Shown piece by piece: positions 39,305 through 49,614 of a DNA stretch of 51,063 nucleotides. The notes under the pieces are model-generated. The model was not told the DNA's origin. It saw nothing but the letters and a program-made list of their open reading frames with translations, and did no database searches. Each line of letters opens with the position of its first letter. Positions within the stretch are counted from its first letter, which is position 1. Position numbers and translations under genes: made by a program. Where the stretch lies: the NCBI GenBank assembly GCA_031459535.1, contig JAVKIJ010000013.1:1-51063 (forward strand). Reading direction: 5' to 3'. This stretch comes from Candidatus Fervidifonticultor quintus. GTDB lineage: Bacteria; Sysuimicrobiota; Sysuimicrobiia; Sysuimicrobiales; Humicultoraceae.

Positions 39305-39979
39305 CTAGACGCGCGCGGTGCGACGGGCTTCAAGCTCGGCCTGGAGTTTGCGGACGTCGGCCAGGAACTTCTCTAGCCCGATGTCTGTCATAGGATGCTT
39401 GAAGAGCTGCTCCAACACCCGAAACGGCATGGTGGCCACCGGGCACCCGACCAGCGCCGCCTGGACCACGTGCACTGGGTGGCGCAGGCTGGCTGCCAGA
39501 ACCTTGGTGGGAACGTTGTAGTGCCGGTACGCCTCCACGATGTCGCGGACCAGCTGCATCCCGTCAGTCCCGTTGTCGTCCAGCCGACCCACGAAGGGAC
39601 TGCAGTACCGGGCCCCGACCTTGGCGGCAATCAGCGCCTGGGGCAGGGAGAACACCAGGGTCACGTTCACCGGGATCCCCCTGCTGCCCAAGACCCGGGC
39701 GGCCTTGATCCCTTCCGGGGTGACCGGCACCTTGACCACCACGTTGGGCGCCCAGGTGGCGAAGGTCTCGCCCTCACGGACCATCCCCTCGGCGTCGGCC
39801 ACGGTGGTCTCCACGCTCACCGGACCGTCGACGAGGGCACAGATCTCCTGGATCAGGCTCTTGTGCTCGCGGCCTTCCTTGGCCACGAGGGTAGGATTGG
39901 TCGTAACGCCGTCGAGGATCCCCCATGACTGCGCCGTCTTGATCTCCTCGATGTTGGCCGTGTCGACGAAGAACTCCAT
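39305..39979 (-). CDS. tal: Transaldolase/fructose-6-phosphate aldolase
   Basis: DTAN, GVTTNP, VVKVP, NVTL, SPFVGR, LAASLR. Confidence 0.93.
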   Translation of the reverse strand: MEFFVDTANIEEIKTAQSWGILDGVTTNPTLVAKEGREHKSLIQEICALVDGPVSVETTVADAEGMVREGETFATWAPNVVVKVPVTPEGIKAARVLGSRGIPVNVTLVFSLPQALIAAKVGARYCSPFVGRLDDNGTDGMQLVRDIVEAYRHYNVPTKVLAASLRHPVHVVQAALVGCPVATMPFRVLEQLFKHPMTDIGLEKFLADVRKLQAELEARRTARV

Positions 39980-39983
39980 CGCC

Positions 39984-41480
39984 CTACCTCCCTGTGGCCT
40001 CGATGTACATGACCTCGCCGGCGTCGGTGGGCTTCAGCATCTTGAGCTGGTCGCCTGGCCGCAGTTGCAGCAGCAACACGACCTGATCATTCCGGTAGAC
40101 CGCACTAACGACGGCCACGCGATGGGTTCGGATCTGCTTGTTGGCATCTTCGACCACAACCACCGGCGGCGGCCCACCGCGCACCTCGCGCAGCGTTCCC
40201 ACCGTGAAGTCAAACCGATTCAGGGCCTCCATCATGATGTTGAGGGCGGCGATGGCTTCTCCCCTGGTGGCGGTACGCGTCGGCCGAAAGGTGTTGTCCG
40301 GTAGGGCCGGCACGATCTTGCGATCGAGGGCCACCACCACGCTGCCCCGCGCTTCGGCGGGGATCTCGCGGGCGTCGGCCACCACCAGCGCGTCGTTGGC
40401 CCGGCGCAGCGCCTCGGCCTCGAGCCCCATGCCGCGAACGATGAACGTCGCCAGGTCGGCCCGTGTCACAGGTTGCCTGGGGCGAAAGGTGTTGTCGGGG
40501 TATGCGGAGATCATCCCCCGCTGAAAGGTGATGACCACCGTGGTGGGATTCTCCTTGGTGGTGTGCACGCCGATGAAGCTGTAGCGGCCAGGGCGGACCG
40601 GCTGATCGTTCTGGTCGAGCTGCCGCCAGCGCGTCTTGAACGTGAGGGCCTGGTTGGCCGCCAGGGGCATCGGCCGGTCGAGGGCCTGAAACGGCCGGCC
40701 CAGCGACCACCGGGCTACCTCATTGCCGTCTTGATCACGCACGATGAAGTCGTGGAACTGGGTGCTGCCGTAGTCGAAGAGCACATCTGGCAGGAAGAAC
40801 ACCCGGAGGCCGGGTTTGATCTGCACCGTGCCCTCGTCGATGACCTCGAGCAGCGAGCTGTCGGCCCGCGCCTCCACGATGCGTACGCGCGCGACCCGCT
40901 CGCGCACCGTCCCCTGCGCGGTCTTGGTCTCCACGTAGAGCTCGCCCTCCAGCCCTGCCTTCATCCCTTCGCGCTCAGTGAGCCTCATCCGTGGCCGGCC
41001 GCGCTCCGGGCCCAGCATCTCGGTCTCGCGACCGGGACCGGTGTTGGCGATCGAGAAGGTCATCTCGATCTGTTCGTCCGGGCCGTATACCTGTTTGTCC
41101 ACCGACAGGGTATAGACCACCGCTCCCTTGCGGACTTCTGCCTTGGTGGTCGAGACCGTGCCCATGATAGACGCCGCCGCGACAGCCAGCCGGTCGGCCG
41201 GAGGGATCTGGTCCACGTCTCGGAAGTCTGGCGGCCGCACCCCGGCCGTGGGGATCCCCAGGGCCCGCGCCAGCGCCACCGCCATGTCCAGTCGCGTCAG
41301 GGGTTCGTCCGGTCCAAACCGGCCGTCGGGCAGACGTTGGACCACGCCCTTGGCGTAGAGCCGTTCTGCCGCCCGCCGGTATGGATGGTTTGCCATGTCG
41401 GTGAACACCTGCGCACTGGCAGGCAGCACAGCCAACGCCACGAGCGCAACCACGGCGGCGACCCGCGTCCATGTAGTCAT
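39984..41480 (-). CDS. S-layer homology (SLH) domain protein with an inserted BsuPI-like domain
   Basis: Signal peptide; three SLH signatures (PDGRFGPDEPLTR, PDNTFRPRQPVTR, PDNTFRPTRTATR); QFHDFIV..GNEVARWS.G..F. Confidence 0.85.
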   Translation of the reverse strand: MTTWTRVAAVVALVALAVLPASAQVFTDMANHPYRRAAERLYAKGVVQRLPDGRFGPDEPLTRLDMAVALARALGIPTAGVRPPDFRDVDQIPPADRLAVAAASIMGTVSTTKAEVRKGAVVYTLSVDKQVYGPDEQIEMTFSIANTGPGRETEMLGPERGRPRMRLTEREGMKAGLEGELYVETKTAQGTVRERVARVRIVEARADSSLLEVIDEGTVQIKPGLRVFFLPDVLFDYGSTQFHDFIVRDQDGNEVARWSLGRPFQALDRPMPLAANQALTFKTRWRQLDQNDQPVRPGRYSFIGVHTTKENPTTVVITFQRGMISAYPDNTFRPRQPVTRADLATFIVRGMGLEAEALRRANDALVVADAREIPAEARGSVVVALDRKIVPALPDNTFRPTRTATRGEAIAALNIMMEALNRFDFTVGTLREVRGGPPPVVVVEDANKQIRTHRVAVVSAVYRNDQVVLLLQLRPGDQLKMLKPTDAGEVMYIEATGR

Positions 41481-41772
41481 CCGCAAAACGCCTCCCTCAC
41501 CATGCACAGCTGCAGGCCCGGCCGGCGGGGCAGCGGGCTGTCGTCCATCCTATGTCAGGCCTGTGTAGTGCGTGTAACGTCGGGAGATCGACCTCGGGAG
41601 TCTTGATTTGAGCAAGACCGGAGATTCGTGACGCGGGGTCGCGGCCGCACCCCGATCGTCGCTAGATACGTACGTAATATTGGTAGCATACCCCCCGGGG
41701 GCCGCGCAAGCCCCGACTGACCGCAATTGGCCGGGCCGGTTTCCCCGGCATCGCCCCCCGCCGCGCCGAGGG

Positions 41773-43434
41773 CTACATGCGGTCCGGGGCCGAGACGCCC
41801 AGCAGACCCAGCACCCGCCGCAGGACAATGCGGGTCGCCTCGACGAGGGCAAGCCGTGCCGCGGCCAGCTGTGCATCGTCACCCAGCACACGGCAGTGGG
41901 TGTAGAAGAGGTGAAACGCCTCGGCCACTTCGCGGGCATAGGCGCAGAGCCGGTGCGGCTCCCGGCGGAGCCCGGCGGCCCGGATCACCTCGGGCAACTC
42001 GGCCAAGATGCGCGCCAGCATCCACTCCCGCTCGTCTTCCAGGCGATCGAGCGGAGGCGATGCGCCGGCGGCCAGTCCGGCGGTGGCGGCCTCCCGCAGG
42101 ATGCCGGCGATGCGGGCGTGGGCGTACTGGACATAGTAGACCGGGTTGTCCTGGGAGTGTTGCTGAGCCAGCGCCACGTCGAAGTCCATGGGAACCGTCG
42201 GCGAGAACATGGCGAAGAAGTAGCGCCCGGCATCGGTTCCGACGGTGTCAATCAACTCCCGCAGCGTGACGAACTCGCCGGCGCGTTTGGACATCCGCAG
42301 TAGTTCTCCGGCGTTCTTCAGCCGGACGTGCTGGTAGATCAGGATCTCCAGGGCGTCCGGTGGCAGGCCCAGCGCCTGGAGGCCCCCTCTCACGCGGGCC
42401 ACGTCTCCGATATGATCAATGGCCCACACGTTGATCATCAGGTCGAATCCGCGTGCCCGCTTGTCCAGGTGATAGGCGATGTCGCTCCCGAAGTAGGTCC
42501 ACTCGCCCGTCGGCTTGACGATCACCCGGTCCTTGTCGTCTCCGAACGCTGTCGAGCGGAACCAGGTCTTGCCGTCGGCGTCGTAGATGTAGTCGCGCTT
42601 ACGCAGTTCGGCCAGGGCCCGGTCCACGGCTCCCGACTCGACCAGGCTGCGCTCGCTGAACCAGAGGTCGAACCGCACGCCGAAGCGCGTGAGGACGTCG
42701 CAGATGTCCTCGATCGCCGCCCTCACGCTCACGTCCCGGAAGTAGTTGAGGCGCTCCTCCTCGGGTGCCTCGATCCACCGTGGACCATCGGATGCCGCGA
42801 TCTTCCGGGCCAGATCCGTCACGTACTCCCCGCGGTAGCCGTCCTCGGGGAGGGGCCTGGGCCGGCCGAAGAGTTCGAAATAGCGGCACTCGACCGACTG
42901 GGCCAGGCTCCGCACCTGCTGGCCGGCATCGTTGATGTAGTACTCGCGCCAGACCGAGTACCCCAGCGCCGCCAGCAGGTTGGCCAGCACATCGCCGATG
43001 ACGGCGTTGCGGCCGGCGCCCACATGCAGGGGCCCGGTGGGATTGGCGCTGACGAACTCTACGTTGACCCGCTTGCCCGCGCCGATCGTCTGCTGGCCAA
43101 AGGTGTCCTGTAGCGAGCGGATGGCGGCCACGATCTGCCGCCGCCACGGCCAGGCCAGGGTGATGTTGACGAAGCCCGGGCCCGCGATCTCGAGCTTGCT
43201 GATGCGCGCCGGATCAGGGGCCCAGGCCTCGATGAGGACCTGGGCAATCGCCTCCGGCCTGCCGCCGGTCTGCCGGGCGAGCATCATCGCCGCGTTGGTG
43301 GCATAGTCGCCGTGGCGACGGTCCCTGGGGATCTCCACATCAAACTCCGGCAGGTCCACGGGCGGTAGCGCGCCGCTGGCCATGGCACGGCGGGCGGCGC
43401 TGTGGATTTCCTCTCTCAAGGCGTCGCGGAACAT
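41773..43434 (-). CDS. argS: Arginine--tRNA ligase
   Basis: GDYATN, AGPGFVN, EFVSANPTGPLHVG, YYINDAG, MSKRAG, YVQYAHAR. Confidence 0.97.
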   Translation of the reverse strand: MFRDALREEIHSAARRAMASGALPPVDLPEFDVEIPRDRRHGDYATNAAMMLARQTGGRPEAIAQVLIEAWAPDPARISKLEIAGPGFVNITLAWPWRRQIVAAIRSLQDTFGQQTIGAGKRVNVEFVSANPTGPLHVGAGRNAVIGDVLANLLAALGYSVWREYYINDAGQQVRSLAQSVECRYFELFGRPRPLPEDGYRGEYVTDLARKIAASDGPRWIEAPEEERLNYFRDVSVRAAIEDICDVLTRFGVRFDLWFSERSLVESGAVDRALAELRKRDYIYDADGKTWFRSTAFGDDKDRVIVKPTGEWTYFGSDIAYHLDKRARGFDLMINVWAIDHIGDVARVRGGLQALGLPPDALEILIYQHVRLKNAGELLRMSKRAGEFVTLRELIDTVGTDAGRYFFAMFSPTVPMDFDVALAQQHSQDNPVYYVQYAHARIAGILREAATAGLAAGASPPLDRLEDEREWMLARILAELPEVIRAAGLRREPHRLCAYAREVAEAFHLFYTHCRVLGDDAQLAAARLALVEATRIVLRRVLGLLGVSAPDRM

Positions 43435-43441
43435 CGCCTCA

Positions 43442-44635
43442 CTATAGCATGGGCGGGGCCGGGATGAACTTGCCCAGCACTCGCGGGCCGGCGGCTCCGG
43501 TCGCGCCGGGGACGTTGGTCGGGAGCCCGGCCACGGCGTCCGAAGCCAGCAGGGCAAAGGCCATGGCTTCCTTCAATTTCCCGTCGACGCCGAACTCCTC
43601 GCTCAGCCGCACGGGCACTCCCAGACCCGCGGCGATGCGCTCCCGCAGAAAGCGATTGTAGGCGCCGCCCCCGGCCAGCACGACCTCGTCGAGTCCGCCG
43701 CGCGGCAGGAGAAAGTCCTGATAGGCCCGCACAATGGAATCCGCGGTCAGCGCCGACACCGTGGCCACGGTGTCCTCGACGCTCAGCCCCCGGCGGCGCG
43801 CCTCCTCCAGAAGCCGGCTCGCGAACGGCTGGCCGAAGACCTCGCGGCCTGTGGTCTTGGGCGGGGGCTGCCGCAGATATGGATCCGACAGCAGGTCCTC
43901 CAGCCAGCCCTCATCCACTTGTCCGCGCAGCGCCATCTGGCCGTCGCGGTCGAAGGCCCAGCGGCCACCCGTCAGCTGCTGGATGACCCCATCAATGACC
44001 ATGTTGCCCGGCCCCGTGTCGAAGGCCAGGACGTCCTCGATCCGGCAGCCGTCCGGCTGACGTGCCGGCAGGTAGGTCACGTTGGCGATGCCGCCGATGT
44101 TCTGCGAAGCCCGGGAGCGTTGCGGGTGGCGGAAGACCACCAGGTCGAAGTACGGCACCAGCGGCGCGCCGTGGCCACCCGCGGCGACATCGGCCACGCG
44201 GAAGTCTTCGACCACCGGGAGGCCGGTGCGCTCGGCAATCACGGCTCCCTCCCCGATCTGCAGCGTGGCGCCGTGGGGCGCCGGGATGTGCCAGACGGTC
44301 TGCCCGGCGGACCCGATGAGGTCGACCTGGTCGGGGCGCAGGCCCGCGCGGGCCACCACCGCCAGCGCTGCCTCGGCAAACAACTCGCCGAGCCGGAAAT
44401 CGAAGCGCGCCAGTCGGTCCACCGTCGCCATTTGAGGCTCGAACATCCGGAACAACTCGTCGCGGTCTTCTGGTGGGAATGGGTGCGTGAGCCCTGCGAC
44501 CAGCCGCACCTTGGCCGCAAGGCCCGCGTCGGTGACTTCCACCAGCGCGGCGTCCACCCCGTCGGCAGAGGTGCCCGAGATCAGACCGACCACGCGCCGA
44601 GGGTTCCTGCGGGCGAGTTCAGCGATCTGGCGCAT
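43442..44635 (-). CDS. anmK: Anhydro-N-acetylmuramic acid kinase
   Basis: GLISGTSADGVD, GQTVWH, DFRVADVAAGGHGAPLVP, NIGGIAN, FDTGPGN, PKTTGRE. Confidence 0.96.
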   Translation of the reverse strand: MRQIAELARRNPRRVVGLISGTSADGVDAALVEVTDAGLAAKVRLVAGLTHPFPPEDRDELFRMFEPQMATVDRLARFDFRLGELFAEAALAVVARAGLRPDQVDLIGSAGQTVWHIPAPHGATLQIGEGAVIAERTGLPVVEDFRVADVAAGGHGAPLVPYFDLVVFRHPQRSRASQNIGGIANVTYLPARQPDGCRIEDVLAFDTGPGNMVIDGVIQQLTGGRWAFDRDGQMALRGQVDEGWLEDLLSDPYLRQPPPKTTGREVFGQPFASRLLEEARRRGLSVEDTVATVSALTADSIVRAYQDFLLPRGGLDEVVLAGGGAYNRFLRERIAAGLGVPVRLSEEFGVDGKLKEAMAFALLASDAVAGLPTNVPGATGAAGPRVLGKFIPAPPML

Positions 44636-45560
44636 CGTGCCCTTCCCGCAGTGCAGCGCGGACACGTCCGCCGGCGGTCTCGAGCCGGCGCTCCGCTTCC
44701 TGCCGGCTGACCCCGGCCAGCGCCATGACGATCGCGACCTTGACGCTGCCTTCCGCCTCGTCCAGCAGACGGCCGCTGGTCTCCACGTCGAGCCCGGTGG
44801 CCGCCGCGACCATCCGGCGCGCCCGGGCCAGCAGCTTGACGTTGCGCGGCGGCATGTCCACCATCAGGTTGCTGTACACCTTGCCCAAGCGCACCATGGC
44901 CGCGGTACTGAGCATGTTCAGCACCAGCTTCTGCGCCGTGCCGGCCTTCATGCGCGTGGATCCCGTGAGCACCTCGGGCCCGGTGACCGGCGTGATGGCC
45001 ACATGGCCTCTGCGCGCCAGCGGCGATCCGGGCACGTTGCTCACGGAGACCACGGTGCTGCCTCGTCGCCTGGCTTCTTCCACGGCGCCCAGCACGAACG
45101 GCGTGACCCCGCTGGCTGCGAGGGCGACGACCACATCCCGCGGCCCGGCTCCCAGCTTGGCGACCTCCGCCATCCCGGCCTCGGCATCGTCTTCTGCCGG
45201 GGCCGACGACTGCACCGTGGCGGCGGCTCCTCCGGCGATAACCACATGGATGACCTCGGGGTCCACGCCAAACGTCGGGGGCCACTCCAGCGCGTCCAGG
45301 AGGGCGATGCGGCCGCTGGTGCCGGCGCCTACATAGATGACCCGGCCGCCGGCGCGGAGCGCCCCCACCAGCGCGTCCACCCCGCGGGCAATGTTGGGAA
45401 TCTCCGCCGCCACTGCCAGAGGGACAGAACGGTCTTCCTCATTGATGATCCTGAGGATCTCCTCCGTCGAGAGGAGGTCCAGGTCCATCGACCGCGGGTT
45501 GCGTTGCTCGGTACCCAGCGCCGCGTAGTCCACGGGGCCCTGGAAGTCACTCGGGCGCAT
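44619..45560 (-). CDS. murQ: N-acetylmuramic acid 6-phosphate etherase
   Basis: TEQRN, GAGTSGR, PPTFG, GPEVLTGSTRMKAGTAQK, GKVYSNLMVD. Confidence 0.96.
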   Translation of the reverse strand: MRPSDFQGPVDYAALGTEQRNPRSMDLDLLSTEEILRIINEEDRSVPLAVAAEIPNIARGVDALVGALRAGGRVIYVGAGTSGRIALLDALEWPPTFGVDPEVIHVVIAGGAAATVQSSAPAEDDAEAGMAEVAKLGAGPRDVVVALAASGVTPFVLGAVEEARRRGSTVVSVSNVPGSPLARRGHVAITPVTGPEVLTGSTRMKAGTAQKLVLNMLSTAAMVRLGKVYSNLMVDMPPRNVKLLARARRMVAAATGLDVETSGRLLDEAEGSVKVAIVMALAGVSRQEAERRLETAGGRVRAALREGHDAPDR

Positions 45561-46530
45561 CGAGGTCACCTCGTCGTCTGGCGGTCAGCCGGGCGGCCAG
45601 GGCGGTGGCATCGAGCCCCGACGCGCGGGCGGCCAGGAGTGCGGCACCGATCTCCGGGGATAGCGCTGCGGGGCGGAGTGCAGCGGCTATCCCGGCGGCA
45701 CGCAGAGCCTCGGTCATAGGCGCGATGATCAGGTCGCCTGCCTCAAACACGCCGCCGACCGCGATCAAGGGGAATGCGCTGGCCGCCCACCCCAGCGCAC
45801 GCGCCACGGCCCCGATCATCATCGCCAGGTCCCGACCGGCCCGGCGCAGGATGCGCCGGGCCGCCGCATCGCCGGCGCGGGCCGCCGCGAAGGCCAGCGG
45901 GGCCACCGCCGCGACCTCGTCGATGCCGACGCCGCGCACCGCCTGTTTGAGGGCGTCGAGTGACCGGAGCGCGAACCGGGCCCGGACGGCGTCTGCCAGC
46001 GCCGTGGCCGGCCCGCGGCCGTCGTGGGCCCGCATCGCCGCACGGAGTACTGCCCGGCCGATGGCATACCCGCTGCCTTCATCGTCGAGCAGCGGACCCC
46101 ATCCGCCACAGCGAGCCCGGTTCCCATCGCGATCCACCCCAAATGCCACCGACCCAGTCCCTGCGATGATCACCACGCCCGGGGCCAGGCACAGGCCGCC
46201 TGCCAGCGCCGCCGCCGCGTCGTGATCCACATGGACATGCGGCGCCAGCCCCGATGCGCGCAGGACCGCCACCAGGCGCGCGCGCACTGCCGGGTCGTCG
46301 GCGCCGGCCAGCCCGGCGCCAAGGGCGCGCACCGGCGGCCGCAGGTCCGCCTGCCGCAGCGCCTCTTGCGCTGCCGCCACCACAACCCCGGCGGCTTCCT
46401 CGGGTTCCCGGTGGTAGGCGCTCGCGGACTGCACGGTCGCCACCGCCAGTACGGCGCCGCTACCGGACAGGACCGCCGCCCGCGTCTTGGACGCGCCGCC
46501 GTCTATCCCGACGATGAACTCATCGGCCAT
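45547..46530 (-). CDS. BadF/BadG-type ATPase, N-acetylglucosamine/MurNAc kinase-like
   Basis: GIDGGASKT, GLAGAD, IAGTGS, GGWG..LDDEGSGY. Confidence 0.9.
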   Translation of the reverse strand: MADEFIVGIDGGASKTRAAVLSGSGAVLAVATVQSASAYHREPEEAAGVVVAAAQEALRQADLRPPVRALGAGLAGADDPAVRARLVAVLRASGLAPHVHVDHDAAAALAGGLCLAPGVVIIAGTGSVAFGVDRDGNRARCGGWGPLLDDEGSGYAIGRAVLRAAMRAHDGRGPATALADAVRARFALRSLDALKQAVRGVGIDEVAAVAPLAFAAARAGDAAARRILRRAGRDLAMMIGAVARALGWAASAFPLIAVGGVFEAGDLIIAPMTEALRAAGIAAALRPAALSPEIGAALLAARASGLDATALAARLTARRRGDLDAPE

Positions 46531-47713
46531 CCCAGGCCTCGATCACCGCGTCGTGAAAGGCCGGGCGGAACTGCCGGATCGCCTCGGTGTCGGCCCGGGG
46601 ATGCACGCGGTTGGAGAGCAGCACGACCGCCAGGTCGCGTTCGGGATCGACCAGCAACGAGGTGCCCGTGAATCCGGTGTGGCCGAAGGCGCGGGCGGAG
46701 GGGCGGGTGCCTACGAACGGACATCCCTTCAGCGCCCAGCCCAGGCCCCTGGGCTCGCCGCCCACGCCGCGCGTCTGATGGCGAGTGGCCTCCTGGACGG
46801 TCGGCGCCGAGAACACGCGCACCCCGTCCAGCGTCCCTCCTTGCAGCATCAGACGGCCGAAGCACGCCAGGTCCGCCGCGGTACCGAACAGCCCCGCGTG
46901 ACCCGCCACTCCACCTCCCACGTACCAGGCGTTGCCGTCGTGGACCTCGCCGCGCAGCAGCGCGGTCCGCCAGGCGAATTGACGGCCAGCACCCTGTTCG
47001 GCGGCCTTCGCCCGCTCGTACGCGTTGCCGACCTCGGTGGCCGCACACCGTAACCGCCAGGACGCGGGCGGGCAGAAGCGCGTGGCGGTCATCCCCAGCG
47101 GACCGAAAATGCGGCGGGCCGCGTACTGGGCCAGCGACTCGCCCGAAAGCCGCTCGACCAGGAATCCCAGCACGATGAACCCCAGGTCGCTGTACTCCAC
47201 CCTCACTCCCGGCGGCGCCAGAGCCGGCGTGGCGCAGATGCGCGAGATGGCCTCGCGAATCGACCGGCAGGCACGGGCCCTCGCCGCCGCCGACAAGGCC
47301 GTTGCTCCGTCAGGCGGTGCGGGCAGATAGAGCATCTCCCAGGCCGGCAGGCCAGAGGTGTGCGTCAAGAGATGGCGCACCGTGATCGAGGCCTTGCCGC
47401 CGGTGGCAAAGGGCGGTAGGTAGGACGCCACGGGCGCATCGAGATCGGCCCTGCCCTCTTCCCACAGTTGCAGGATCGCCGTGGCGGTGACCAGGGGCTT
47501 CGTGAGGCTGGCGAGGTCGTAGACGGTGTGCGTGGTCGCCGGGCGCCGGCGCGGGAGGAGCTGCGCGTGGCCGAAGGCCTCGACGTACAACGTCCGCTCC
47601 CGTCGGGCGATGGCGACTACCGCACCGGGGAACACCCCGCCGGTCAGCGCGGCGCTGATGCGTTCTCGCACGACCCGGCGAACTCGTTGCACCGCGGGCG
47701 TCCACGCGGTCAT
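46520..47713 (-). CDS. Beta-lactamase-fold serine hydrolase (possible muropeptide amidase, AmiE-like)
   Basis: ASLTK (SxxK), LLTHTSG, YSD, VHDGNA, AGHAGLF, GHTGFTG. Confidence 0.88.
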   Translation of the reverse strand: MTAWTPAVQRVRRVVRERISAALTGGVFPGAVVAIARRERTLYVEAFGHAQLLPRRRPATTHTVYDLASLTKPLVTATAILQLWEEGRADLDAPVASYLPPFATGGKASITVRHLLTHTSGLPAWEMLYLPAPPDGATALSAAARARACRSIREAISRICATPALAPPGVRVEYSDLGFIVLGFLVERLSGESLAQYAARRIFGPLGMTATRFCPPASWRLRCAATEVGNAYERAKAAEQGAGRQFAWRTALLRGEVHDGNAWYVGGGVAGHAGLFGTAADLACFGRLMLQGGTLDGVRVFSAPTVQEATRHQTRGVGGEPRGLGWALKGCPFVGTRPSARAFGHTGFTGTSLLVDPERDLAVVLLSNRVHPRADTEAIRQFRPAFHDAVIEAWDGR

Positions 47714-48621
47714 CGCAGCCTCGGATCGAGCAGGTCGCGCAGGCCGTCACCCAAGAGGTTGAAGCCCAGCACGACCACCATGATGGCCAGGCCGGGGAAC
47801 ACCGCGTTCCACGGCGCGATCTCCAGGAACTGCCGGCCCTCGCTGAGCATGTTGCCCCACGACGGGGTGGGCGGCTGGGTGCCCAGTCCCAGGAAGCTCA
47901 ACGCCGACTCCGAGAGGATGGCCAGCGAGAGCGACAATGAGATCTGCACCGTCACCGCCGCCAGCACATTGGGGATGACGTGCCTCCAGATGATGCGCAC
48001 GTTGCCCAGTCCCAGGGCACGGGCGGCATCCACGAACTCCAGGGAGCGCACCGTGAGCGCCGCGGCCCTGGCCACCCGCGCGAACTGCGGCGTGTAGACG
48101 ATGCCGATGGCGACCACCAGGTTGAACAGGCTCGCCCCCAGCACTGCCATGATGGCGATGGCCAGCAGGATGGCCGGAAAGGCGAAAATGATGTCCATCG
48201 CTCGCATGGCGAGCGAATCCCACCAGCCGCCGTAGAAGCCCGCAGCCAGGCCGAGCGATGTCCCCAGCGCCACGGCCACGAGGACAGAGAGGAACGCCAC
48301 GACCAGCGAGATGCGCGCTCCCCACAGCACCCGGCTGAACACGTCACGGCCGAACTCGTCGGTGCCGAAGAGGTATCGTCCGCCCGGCGGGGCCAGCGCG
48401 TCGGGGGGCGACATGGCGCGGATGTCGTGGGGCGCCAGCACCGGCGCCAGCAGCGCGACCAGCACGCTGGCGGAGACGATGAGCAGGCCGATGGGTGCCA
48501 CCCTATTGCGCACGAAGCGCCGGGCCCACCAGCGCGCGCCCACGCCGATGCGCGGGACCGCAGCCGCATCCCGATCCCGAAGCGCCTCAGGTGTAGCGGA
48601 TGCGGGGGTCGATCCAGGCAT
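47710..48621 (-). CDS. Peptide ABC transporter permease (DppC-like)
   Basis: FGTDEFGRD, EFVDAARALG, LSFLGLG..PP.PSWG. Confidence 0.93.
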   Translation of the reverse strand: MPGSTPASATPEALRDRDAAAVPRIGVGARWWARRFVRNRVAPIGLLIVSASVLVALLAPVLAPHDIRAMSPPDALAPPGGRYLFGTDEFGRDVFSRVLWGARISLVVAFLSVLVAVALGTSLGLAAGFYGGWWDSLAMRAMDIIFAFPAILLAIAIMAVLGASLFNLVVAIGIVYTPQFARVARAAALTVRSLEFVDAARALGLGNVRIIWRHVIPNVLAAVTVQISLSLSLAILSESALSFLGLGTQPPTPSWGNMLSEGRQFLEIAPWNAVFPGLAIMVVVLGFNLLGDGLRDLLDPRLR

Positions 48622-49534
48622 ACAGCAGATCCACCACCAGGTTGGTCAGCACGAACAGCAACGCGACGACCAGCACGACGCCCTGCACCACAGGATAGTC
48701 GCGCTGGAAGATCGCCTGCAGGACCAACCGGCCCATCCCGGGCAGCGCGAAGATTTCCTCGATCACCACGGTCCCGCCCAGCAGGTACCCCATCTGGAAC
48801 CCGATAACCGTGATCACCGGGATCATGGCGTTGGGCAGGGCGTGCCGCACCATGACCGCGGTTCCCCGCAGCCCCTTCCCGCGGGCCGTGCGCACGTACT
48901 CCTGGCCCAGGACCTCCAGCAGCGACGAGCGCACGTACCGCATGAGGATGGCGGCGATGGCCCCACCGAGCGCCAGCGCGGGCAGGTAGAGGCTCTGCAG
49001 CGTGCCCAGCGGGTTCTGCGTGAGGGGCACGTACTGGCCCAGCGACACGTGCAGGTACCGCGAAAACACCAGAATCAGCATGGCGCCCAGCCAGAAATTG
49101 GGAATCGACAGCCCGAGCAGCCCGGCGATCCGTGCCACGACGTCGAACAGGGAATTGCGCGTCACGGCCGAGGCGATGCCCAGCGGGACGGCCAGGGCGA
49201 CCGCCACCGCCAGCGCCAGCGACGCCAGCTGGAACGACAGCGGCAGCCGCTGCTTGATGTCGTCCAGCACCGGCCGCGCCGTGCGCAGCGACACCCCAAA
49301 GTCCCCGCGCAGGATCCGGCCCACGTAGTCGATGAACTGGGCGTGAATCGGCTTGTCCACGCCGAAGAACCGCCGCAGCTCGGCCATCTGCTCCGGGGTC
49401 ATCTCCACCTGCGTGCCCAGAAACAGTTGTACCGCATCGCCCGGGATCAGGCGGATCAGCAGGAAGACCACCGCGAGGATGCCGAGCAAGACCGGGATGA
49501 GGGCCACCAGGCGCGCGCCAAGATACCGCTGCAT
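48587..49534 (-). CDS. Peptide ABC transporter permease (DppB-like)
   Basis: IPGD, GDFG.S, YVRTARGKGL, RDYPVVQG, DPRIRY. Confidence 0.93.
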   Translation of the reverse strand: MQRYLGARLVALIPVLLGILAVVFLLIRLIPGDAVQLFLGTQVEMTPEQMAELRRFFGVDKPIHAQFIDYVGRILRGDFGVSLRTARPVLDDIKQRLPLSFQLASLALAVAVALAVPLGIASAVTRNSLFDVVARIAGLLGLSIPNFWLGAMLILVFSRYLHVSLGQYVPLTQNPLGTLQSLYLPALALGGAIAAILMRYVRSSLLEVLGQEYVRTARGKGLRGTAVMVRHALPNAMIPVITVIGFQMGYLLGGTVVIEEIFALPGMGRLVLQAIFQRDYPVVQGVVLVVALLFVLTNLVVDLLYAWIDPRIRYT

Positions 49535-49554
49535 ACAGACAACTCTAGCCCCCG

Positions 49555-49572
49555 GGGGCGCGATGGCGCCCC
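49555..49572. other. GC-rich hairpin between the SBP and permease genes
   Basis: GGGGCGC-GATG-GCGCCCC; position typical of an SBP-mRNA stabilising hairpin; no U-tract. Confidence 0.45.
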
Positions 49573-49614
49573 GCCCCGTGCGGCCCGGTCAGTGACGGTC
49601 TCTGCGCTGCGGCT

